Below the pieces are notes generated by a model, which saw only the letters and a list, made by a program, of their open reading frames with translations, did not search any database and was not told the origin of the DNA. This document shows, piece by piece, positions 15,357 to 21,838 of a stretch of 24,183 bases of DNA. A program made the translations under genes and the position numbers. Position 1 is the first letter of the stretch, and each line of letters starts with the position of its first letter. Source of the stretch: Candidatus Iainarchaeum sp. (GTDB taxonomy: Archaea > Iainarchaeota > Iainarchaeia > Iainarchaeales > JAZDEL01); assembly GCA_043808785.1 (NCBI GenBank), contig JAZDEL010000007.1, positions 1 through 24,183 of the forward strand. Reading direction: 5' to 3'.

Positions 15357-16193
15357 ATGGTTCCTCCGCAGCCTTCAGGTTCCGCGTGCTTTGATGCCGC
15401 GGCAGTGCTCGAAACCCTGCGCGCGCACAAACCGCTCGTGCACCACATAACCAACTGGGTCACGATTTATGATTGCGCGAACGCGGTGCGCGCCATAGGC
15501 GCCCTTCCCGTAATGGCGCACGCCCCCGAGGAGGCAGCGGAAATGTCGGGAATAAGCTCCGCGCTCGTGCTGAACATCGGAACCCTCACTGCCGAACTTG
15601 TCGATTCCATGGTTCTCGCGGGAAAAGCCGCGAACAAAAAAAACATCCCCGTGGTTCTCGACGCCGTCGGTGCGGGCGCCACAAAAATGCGCACGGATAA
15701 GGTGCTTGAACTCCTGCGTACTGTCCGCGTTTCGGTGCTGAAGGGCAACGCCGGTGAAATCGCAACCCTCGCGGGCGCCTCCGCCGAAGTCCGCGGCGTG
15801 GAATCCGCGGGCGTGAAAGGGGATATAAAAACAATCGCGTGCGGCCTTTCGGGGAAGCAAAATTGTGTTGTCGTTGTCACGGGCAAAGAAGACATGGTCT
15901 TTAGCCCCTCCCATTCCGCACACTCCTACTCAATCCTCAACGGCCACGAAATGATGGGAAACGTTGTGGGGACAGGATGCATTTCCGCCTCGCTCATAGG
16001 CTGTTTTGCAGCAGTCGAGCCAGACGCAGGAAAAGCGTCCGCAGCCGCCCTCTCATGCTTCGGCATTGCGGGCGAACTCGCCGCCAAAAAAGCAGGCGGC
16101 CCCGGAACATACCTCGCGGCGCTTCTCGACGAACTTTCCGCGCTTGACCGCGCGAAGATTGAGAAAATGCAGAAAGTAACCGTGCTTGGCTGA
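15357..16193 (+). CDS. thiM: hydroxyethylthiazole kinase
   Basis: ORF 15348..16193 (GTG); ATG at 15357. PLVHHITNWVTIYDCANAVRAIGALPVMAHAPEE...ALVLNIGTL is colinear with bacterial ThiM. GTGC is present near the C-terminus. Confidence 0.88.
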   Translation: MVPPQPSGSACFDAAAVLETLRAHKPLVHHITNWVTIYDCANAVRAIGALPVMAHAPEEAAEMSGISSALVLNIGTLTAELVDSMVLAGKAANKKNIPVVLDAVGAGATKMRTDKVLELLRTVRVSVLKGNAGEIATLAGASAEVRGVESAGVKGDIKTIACGLSGKQNCVVVVTGKEDMVFSPSHSAHSYSILNGHEMMGNVVGTGCISASLIGCFAAVEPDAGKASAAALSCFGIAGELAAKKAGGPGTYLAALLDELSALDRAKIEKMQKVTVLG

Positions 16194-16253
16194 GCCGCAA
16201 ATGATGGAAAAATAAATGTGCTTGGCTGAATTGCAAATGCCGAAAAAATAAAG
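16182..16253 (+). repeat. 36-nt tandem duplication spanning the thiM stop codon
   Basis: GTGCTTGGCTGAGCCGCAAATGATGGAAAAATAAAT (16182-16217) and GTGCTTGGCTGAATTGCAAATGCCGAAAAAATAAAG (16218-16253). A third GTGC begins at 16254. Confidence 0.8.
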
Positions 16254-16265
16254 GTGCCGTGCCGT

Positions 16266-16895
16266 ATGCCTGTGCTCGATTTTGATTTTTATTTCATAAC
16301 CGACAGCGCGCTTTCCAAGCGCGGCAATTCCGCCGATGTGCGTGCAGCGCTTTCCGCGGGCGTGAAGATGGTGCAGTACCGTGAAAAATGCGCGAACGGA
16401 AAAAAAATGCTTGCCGAAGCACTGGAGATAAAAAAAATGTGCGATGAAAGCCGCGCAACGCTGATAATCAACGACAACATTGCGCTATGCCTTGCTGCCG
16501 ATGCCTCTGGCGTGCACCTCGGGCAGGATGACGTGCCGCTCAGAATTGCCCGCACGCTCCTTCCGAAAAAAATAATCGGGGTAACGGTTCACAACCTGCA
16601 GGAAGCCCTGCAGGCGGAGCGGGAAGGGGCGGATTACCTCGGCGTTTCCCCAATTTTCCCTACTCGCACAAAATCAGACGCGGGAAAGCCCTGCGGAACC
16701 GGAATTCTGCGCAAGATACGCGCAGAAACTTCCCTTCCACTTTCCGCAATCGGGGGCATAACCCTAAAAAACCTCACTGAGGTTATTGGTGCAGGCGCGG
16801 ACGGCGTTTCCGCAATTTCCGCAACCGTGGGCACTGATGATGTGCGGGCAGCAGTTGCCGATTTCCGCAGCCGCATTTTGAAGGCGAGAAAATGA
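16266..16895 (+). CDS. thiE: thiamine-phosphate synthase (bacterial ThiE type)
   Basis: ORF 16254..16895 (GTG). The ATG at 16266 has AAGGTG about 9 nt upstream. Motifs: FYFITDS, VQYREK, LIINDN, GVHLGQDD, IGVTVHN, ADYLGVSPIFPT.TK, AIGGI. The stop overlaps the thiC start (ATGA). Confidence 0.9.
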   Translation: MPVLDFDFYFITDSALSKRGNSADVRAALSAGVKMVQYREKCANGKKMLAEALEIKKMCDESRATLIINDNIALCLAADASGVHLGQDDVPLRIARTLLPKKIIGVTVHNLQEALQAEREGADYLGVSPIFPTRTKSDAGKPCGTGILRKIRAETSLPLSAIGGITLKNLTEVIGAGADGVSAISATVGTDDVRAAVADFRSRILKARK

Positions 16896-18148
16896 CCCAA
16901 TACCTCGATGCGAAAAAGGGCAGGCTCACGCCCGAGATGCTCGCTGTTGCGAAATCCGAGCGCATTGCGCCCAAAAAACTGATGAAACTTATCGCGCGCG
17001 GTTCCGCAGTAATTCCCGCAAGCGCCGGGCACAAAAGCCTTTCCCCGACAGGCATTGGTTCCGCCCTGCGCACAAAGGTTAACGCGAATTTGGGCACCTC
17101 CTCAATGGCTGCAAGCACTTCCGCGGAACTGAAGAAACTCCGCGCAGCAATAGATGCCGGCGCAGACACGGTAATGGACCTCAGCACGGGCGGAGATATC
17201 GATGCAGTGCGCGCCATGATAATAAAAAAATCCACAGTTCCTGTGGGCACTGTTCCAATTTACCAGGCGGTTGTTGAGAAGCACAACATCCTCGACCTTA
17301 CCCCCGACGATTTCCTTAACGGGCTCCAGAAACACATAAACGGCGGCGTGGATTTCGTAACCGTGCACGCGGGCGTTACCCGCGCGGTTCTTCCGCACCT
17401 TAAAAGCCGCACAGCGGGCGTTGTAAGCAGGGGCGGAACCTTCCTCGTGCGCTGGATGCGCCACAACAGCCTTGAGAACCCGCTCTATGAAAATTTTGAT
17501 GCTATTCTGGAAATGGCAAAGGAGCACGACGTGACCCTCTCTCTGGGTGACGCACTGCGCCCGGGCTGCACTGCCGACGCAACCGACGCCGCGCAGCTGG
17601 AGGAATTGAAAACCCTCGGCAGCCTTGTCCTGCGTGCCCGCAAAGCAGGCGTTCAGGTTATTGTGGAAGGCCCCGGGCACGTGCCCCTGAACCAGATTAA
17701 GGTGAACATGGACCTGCAGAAAAAATACTGCCACAACGCGCCTTTTTATGTCCTCGGCCCGCTTGTCACCGACATCGCGCCTGGTTACGACCACATAACC
17801 TCCGCAATCGGCGGAACCCTTGCAGCATATTACGGCGCTTCATTCCTCTGCTGCGTCACGCCCGCGGAGCATTTGCGTTTGCCGAGCATCGACGACATAC
17901 GTGAGGGCGTAATCGCATCAAAAATTGCGGCGCACGCAGCCGACCTTGCGCGCGGAATTTCAGGCGCGGCAGAATGGAACCTTGAAATGGCACGCGCGCG
18001 CAGGAAACTCGACTGGAAGGGGATGGAGCGCCTTGCGATACACTCCCGCAAATTCAGGAAGTACAGGAAAGAATCGGGCGCGAAAGGGGACGAGTGCACG
18101 ATGTGCGGGGATTTCTGCGTTATGAAGGTGCTGAAGGATGATGAATAG
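16892..18148 (+). CDS. thiC: phosphomethylpyrimidine synthase (short-form ThiC)
   Basis: 418 aa. Motifs: TVMDLSTGG, VPIYQA, VDFVTVHAG, GIVSRGG-like VVSRGG, LSLGDALRPG, IVEGPGHVP, and the C-terminal Fe-S motif CTMCGDFC. Confidence 0.92.
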   Translation: MTQYLDAKKGRLTPEMLAVAKSERIAPKKLMKLIARGSAVIPASAGHKSLSPTGIGSALRTKVNANLGTSSMAASTSAELKKLRAAIDAGADTVMDLSTGGDIDAVRAMIIKKSTVPVGTVPIYQAVVEKHNILDLTPDDFLNGLQKHINGGVDFVTVHAGVTRAVLPHLKSRTAGVVSRGGTFLVRWMRHNSLENPLYENFDAILEMAKEHDVTLSLGDALRPGCTADATDAAQLEELKTLGSLVLRARKAGVQVIVEGPGHVPLNQIKVNMDLQKKYCHNAPFYVLGPLVTDIAPGYDHITSAIGGTLAAYYGASFLCCVTPAEHLRLPSIDDIREGVIASKIAAHAADLARGISGAAEWNLEMARARRKLDWKGMERLAIHSRKFRKYRKESGAKGDECTMCGDFCVMKVLKDDE

Positions 18149-18177
18149 GGGCGCGGGCACTGCGGAGGCGCTGAAAG

Positions 18178-19125
18178 ATGAAGATTGACGGCATCAAAAG
18201 CGAACAGGAATTAATTGCACGCATTTCCCGCAGGCCGAAAAACAAAAACGTCCTTGTGGGGATAGGGGATGATGCCGCTGTTTTGCGCTGGAAGAAAAAC
18301 CTGCACCTTCTTATTTCCACGGACGCAATGGTTGAGGGCAACCACTTCACGCGCGCGTGGTTCACGCCGAAGCAGATAGGTTTGAAGGCTGTTGAAAGCA
18401 ATGTCAGCGACATCGCCGCGATGGGGGGCGTGCCCAAGCACATTCTCGTTTCCCTCGCCCTCCCGAAGGAAACTCCCCTCGCTTTTGTCGACGGCTTTTA
18501 TTCGGGCCTGCATTCCGCCTCCGACAAATACAAAATCGGCATCATAGGCGGCAACCTCACGGGCGCGGGCGAAATTTCAATAACAGTCACAATCCTCGGC
18601 GAGGTTCGCCCCGATGACCTCTGCCTGCGCTCCTCCGCGAGAGTAGGGGATTATATCGTTGTGAGCGGCCATCTGGGCAAGGGGGCGGCGGGGCTTAACC
18701 TTTTCCGCAAGGGCGTGCACGGGCACGATATTGCCAAGCGCTCATATTTAATGCCCAAGGCACAGCTTGCCAAATCCCGCCGCATTGCCAAATACGTGAA
18801 CGCAATGGAGGACGTCAGCGACGGCCTCGCTTCCGAGGTAAGAAACATCTGCCTTGCAAGTTCCTGCGGCGCGGTGATTTACGCGGGCAAGGTTCCGCTT
18901 TCCACTTCAACAATAAACGCCGCGCACGCCTGCGGAAACAGCGCCTTGGATTACGCGCTTTTCGGGGGGGAGGATTTCGAACTCGTGTGCACGGTGCCCA
19001 AAAAAAACCTGCGCATGGTTGGCGGGGTAATTGTTGGGCGCATAACCAGCGGCAAAAAAATAATGCTCGAGCGCAACGGAAAAAAAACAGAAATGTCTAG
19101 GTTCGGTTACGACCACTTCAAATAG
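18178..19125 (+). CDS. thiL: thiamine-monophosphate kinase
   Basis: 315 aa. Motifs: GIGDDAAVL, STDAMVEGNHF, the SDIAAMGG-like VSDIAAMGG, EDVSDGLASE, GGEDFELV. Confidence 0.9.
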   Translation: MKIDGIKSEQELIARISRRPKNKNVLVGIGDDAAVLRWKKNLHLLISTDAMVEGNHFTRAWFTPKQIGLKAVESNVSDIAAMGGVPKHILVSLALPKETPLAFVDGFYSGLHSASDKYKIGIIGGNLTGAGEISITVTILGEVRPDDLCLRSSARVGDYIVVSGHLGKGAAGLNLFRKGVHGHDIAKRSYLMPKAQLAKSRRIAKYVNAMEDVSDGLASEVRNICLASSCGAVIYAGKVPLSTSTINAAHACGNSALDYALFGGEDFELVCTVPKKNLRMVGGVIVGRITSGKKIMLERNGKKTEMSRFGYDHFK

Positions 19126-19145
19126 TGCGAACCCTTTGTGCGGGT

Positions 19146-19310
19146 TTACGTCTTCTTCGCCTTTTTGCGCTTAAGCCTTAACTTGTGGCTGTTGCATTTC
19201 CTGCACTTCGAGGGCTTCTTTCCGGGCGTTGACCTGTTCTTGCCGTTGCACCTCATGCATATCCAGACATTTGCGAAGAGCCTGTTTTCCGCTGCCTTTG
19301 ATTTTGCCAT
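19146..19310 (-). CDS. rpl40e: ribosomal protein eL40 (L40e)
   Basis: Not in the ORF track (54 aa). Minus strand: ATG at 19310, TAA at 19146-19148. MAKSKAAENRLFANVWICMRCNGKNRSTPGKKPSKCRKCNSHKLRLKRKKAKKT. The CxxC...CxxC zinc ribbon and basic tail match archaeal L40e. Confidence 0.8.
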   Translation of the reverse strand: MAKSKAAENRLFANVWICMRCNGKNRSTPGKKPSKCRKCNSHKLRLKRKKAKKT

Positions 19311-19352
19311 TTTCCCGCCCAGCCTTTACAGACCTAATACTTCCCCAATACA

Positions 19353-19360
19353 TTTATAAA
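19353..19360. promoter_or_regulatory. symmetric TATA box TTTATAAA between divergent rpl40e and tRNA-Glu
   Basis: The palindromic TTTATAAA ends 26 nt before the tRNA 5' end (19386) and lies 43-50 nt upstream of the rpl40e ATG on the other strand. GAAA (BRE-like) flanks it on the rpl40e side. Confidence 0.55.
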
Positions 19361-19385
19361 GCATTTCAGCGCCAATTCGTTAGCC

Positions 19386-19492
19386 GCCCCGGTAGTGTAG
19401 CGGCCAAGGGAATTTGGCTTTATGCTTGGTTTCCGCCGAAAGCATCGTGGCCTTTCAAGCCACTGACCCGGGTTCAAATCCCGGCCGGGGCA
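19386..19492 (+). tRNA. tRNA-Glu (anticodon UUC) with a 34-nt intron in the D-loop
   Basis: Acceptor GCCCCGG/CCGGGGC plus discriminator A. D-stem GTGT(19395-98)/GCAT(19442-45). Anticodon arm GTGGC-CTTTCAA-GCCAC. Variable loop TGAC. T arm CCGGG-TTCAAAT-CCCGG. No encoded CCA. The intron is about 19407-19440 and is bounded by a bulge-helix-bulge motif (see findings). A T-tract (TTTTCTT) follows at 19501. Confidence 0.85.
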
Positions 19493-19516
19493 CAAAAACC
19501 TTTTCTTAAAAAGAAA

Positions 19517-19627
19517 CCCTTTTTGGGCTTGCGCCCAAAAGGGCCCTTTCGAACTTCGGTTCGAAAAGGGAGGTTTGCGAAAAGAACAGTTCGCCTGCGG
19601 GCGAACAACGGTTCGCGCCGTGCGCGA
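19517..19627 (+). repeat. cluster of GC-rich hairpins flanked by T/A tracts (candidate palindromic repeat elements or structured ncRNA)
   Basis: H1: CCCTTTTTGGGC-TTGC-GCCCAAAAGGG (19517-19543). H2, directly abutting: CCCTTTCGAAC-TTCG-GTTCGAAAAGGG (19544-19570). H3: GTTCGCC-TGCG-GGCGAAC (19589-19606). H4: TCGCGC-CGT-GCGCGA (19613-19627). Confidence 0.6.
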
Positions 19628-19708
19628 GCAAAACCGTGCCGCGGGTTCAGACAAACCCTTTTAAACAGTTCCAGTTTGGTATGGTAATATATAGGATACA
19701 ATAAATAA

Positions 19709-20449
19709 ATGAGAATTAAGGGTGAGCCATTGGACATGCGCGCTGAATTAGGCAGACTTACTTCGAAGAGGGGCTTATTGTTCCTGCTCCTTTTCGTTGC
19801 GGCGTCGCTCATCGCTTACCGCATGAATTTTTCCGCGGTCCTCGGAACCGAGAGCCAGAGCTTTACCCTCTTCCAGTTCTTCGGGCCAGTTGCCGGGGCG
19901 TTCCTCGGGCCGTTTGTCGGCGCGGGGATTGTTCTCATAACCGAAATTTTGAACTTCGCATTGCTCGGCTCAACACTCACGCTTTTCGGAGTGCTGCGCT
20001 TCAGCACCTTGATGTTTGCGGCGGTTTATTTCGGGGGAAGCATGAGGAACGCAAGGCTTGCCGCAGTTGTTCCCCTGCTCTGCATGGCGCTCTTCATCCT
20101 GCACCCTGTGGGAAGCGGCGCTGCAATTTACACTCTTTACTGGCTTATCCCCGCGATTGCCCTGATTTTCCCGAACAACCTTTTGCTTAAATCCTTCGGC
20201 GCGACATTCACCGCGCACGCCATAGGGAGCACGCTGTTCCTTTACTCGTTCCCGAGCACGGCATCCTTCTGGCTCGGCCTGATTCCCGTTGTCGCGTTCG
20301 AGCGCACGATGTTCGCGCTCGGGATTGCCGCGTCTTTCATTGCCCTGCAGTTCGTGCTTGCGAAACTTGAGCACGTTCTCCCGCAGGGAGTCGTGCGCCT
20401 CAACCAGCGCTACTCGCTTTTCGATTTCAATGGGGCGGTGAAAGCATGA
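19709..20449 (+). CDS. polytopic membrane protein, unknown function (faintly ECF S-component-like)
   Basis: 246-aa hydrophobic ORF. FQFFGPVAGAFLGPFVGAG recalls the substrate-capture subunits of ECF transporters, but no family is recognised with confidence. The TATA-like AATATATAGG at 19686-19695 is too close to 19709. The ATG at 19736 (MRAELGRL...), preceded by AAGGGTGA, is a plausible alternative start. Confidence 0.55.
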   Translation: MRIKGEPLDMRAELGRLTSKRGLLFLLLFVAASLIAYRMNFSAVLGTESQSFTLFQFFGPVAGAFLGPFVGAGIVLITEILNFALLGSTLTLFGVLRFSTLMFAAVYFGGSMRNARLAAVVPLLCMALFILHPVGSGAAIYTLYWLIPAIALIFPNNLLLKSFGATFTAHAIGSTLFLYSFPSTASFWLGLIPVVAFERTMFALGIAASFIALQFVLAKLEHVLPQGVVRLNQRYSLFDFNGAVKA

Positions 20450-20577
20450 GCACCCGTTCCAAGGATTCCTCGCGCTTCAAGAAAACCCGCGCAAGGCAGC
20501 GCTGGAAATGGCACAAGAAGCGCATGCGCCGCGAGAAGCGCAAGAAGAAATATATCAAGGACAGGCTGACGACGTAA
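20446..20577 (+). CDS. rpl41e: ribosomal protein eL41 (L41e)-like 43-aa basic peptide
   Basis: Not in the ORF track. The ATG at 20446 overlaps the upstream stop (ATGA). MSTRSKDSSRFKKTRARQRWKWHKKRMRREKRKKKYIKDRLTT*, TAA at 20575-20577. The core RWKWHKKRMRREKRKKK matches the eL41 signature (eukaryotic MRAKWRKKRMRRLKRKRRK; archaeal ..RWKW.KKR.RRLKR..). Confidence 0.7.
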   Translation: MSTRSKDSSRFKKTRARQRWKWHKKRMRREKRKKKYIKDRLTT

Positions 20578-20582
20578 AGTAG

Positions 20583-20665
20583 CCTGCACATTGCTTGCAT
20601 CACGCTTAGGCTGCGCCAGGCACTGCGCCTGCCTGCAGTTTGCAATCACGCCCAGGCTGCGCTCC
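20583..20665 (+). repeat. imperfect ~35-nt direct repeat between rpl41e and the SLT gene
   Basis: CCTGCACATTGCTTGCATCACGCTTAGGCTGCGCC (20583-20617) versus CCTGCAGTTTGCAATCACGCCCAGGCTGCGCTCC (20631-20664). CTGCGCC occurs twice and CTGCGCT once. Confidence 0.6.
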
Positions 20666-20728
20666 ATGCAGTTAACCTTAAATCCAGCAAATGCGCATAG
20701 TTATACATAGGTGCATTCGGGCGGGAAC

Positions 20729-21442
20729 ATGGCTGCAAGATGGAGAAAATGGGCTGCGCGTGCGATGCTGCCGTTTGCTTTTACCCTCGCGCCGAAAAGC
20801 ATCCACAAATCCGAAATGCCGAAAGCTCCACCCTCAAATGCCGCAATCCGCAGTGCATACGTTCAGCCCGAACCTAAAATAAAATGGCAATATCCCCTTC
20901 CCGCGCCTGCGCGGCTGAGAAAAACACCGCCAAGCAATTTCGAGCTGCACGTAAAAAAAAGCCTCAAGGACATAAATACCGCCCCCGTAATGAGAAAGGC
21001 GGTTTATGAAAATGCGCGCAGTTCCGGCATCCCGGCGCAGTTTGTCGAATCCGTAATAATAAAGGAGAGCGGCGGCGCGAAGAAAAAACTCAGGTACGGG
21101 CCGATGCAGGTGAACGAGCGCACAGTGCGGGAACTGCGGGAGAAGCACGGAATAAAAATAACAAAAATTTCAGACATCAGCCAGAACATACTTGCGGGCT
21201 GCGCCACGCTCGGCATTTACAACGAGCGCCTGCAGGGCGAGTGGTTCTACGAGCGCGGGGTAAGGAAAAATTTCTCCGAGCTTGGGCGGGAAACGCAGGT
21301 TGCGGTTCTCTACGCAACCTACAGGCAGGGGCCGCGCAGGGTTCTGGATAAGCGTCACATCGAGAAAATAATGACCCCCCATGAGGAAAGGTTCCTTGAA
21401 ATCTACAGGATTGTCGGGGCGCTGTACGCTGGCAGGGCATGA
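20729..21442 (+). CDS. lytic transglycosylase (SLT / GH23 lysozyme-like domain) protein with N-terminal hydrophobic anchor or signal
   Basis: ORF 20711..21442 (GTG); ATG at 20729 gives MAARWRKWAARAMLPFAFTLAP. SLT motifs in order: VIIKESGG (catalytic Glu-Ser), YGPMQV (GLMQ-type), NILAGCATL, LYATYRQGP (AYNAG-type). Confidence 0.75.
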   Translation: MAARWRKWAARAMLPFAFTLAPKSIHKSEMPKAPPSNAAIRSAYVQPEPKIKWQYPLPAPARLRKTPPSNFELHVKKSLKDINTAPVMRKAVYENARSSGIPAQFVESVIIKESGGAKKKLRYGPMQVNERTVRELREKHGIKITKISDISQNILAGCATLGIYNERLQGEWFYERGVRKNFSELGRETQVAVLYATYRQGPRRVLDKRHIEKIMTPHEERFLEIYRIVGALYAGRA

Positions 21443-21467
21443 ACCTGCAAAACAGGAAAACCGCAAT

Positions 21468-21502
21468 AAGGGCGGCTGATTTTTGGCGCCCAGCCGCCTT
21501 TT
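21468..21502 (+). terminator. hairpin plus T-tract after the SLT gene
   Basis: GGCGGCTG (21471-78) pairs with CAGCCGCC (21491-98), followed by TTTT. Confidence 0.55.
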
Positions 21503-21747
21503 ATCACCACCTTTTATTTTCAATTTGGCGGCGATAACTTGCCGCTGCAGGCGCGGTTCCGCAATCTGCAAATAACAGTCAATCCAGACCGAACATATGT
21601 TCGTTAATGCCGAACGGTTTGAAAATGCATCCTTCCCGGAATTTCCCGCGGGAACCCCCACCTGAAAAAAAAGGCGATAAGGATTGTGGCGTGAGCGCGC
21701 GCCCTGCCCAACCCCCCCAAAACCCCCGAAATCGCTTCGGCGCAACC

Positions 21748-21779
21748 TTTATAAACACCGAGCGAGGCATATATATAGG
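21748..21779 (+). promoter_or_regulatory. candidate 16S rRNA promoter(s): two TATA boxes
   Basis: TTTATAAA (21748-21755, identical to the tRNA-Glu/rpl40e box) and CATATATATAGG (21768-21779), about 390-420 nt upstream of the mature 16S 5' end. Confidence 0.55.
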
Positions 21780-21838
21780 TTGCAATCCCCGTGAGGAATT
21801 GCATCTTTGGCGCTGAATCGGTTTTTGATTTTGCGTTT

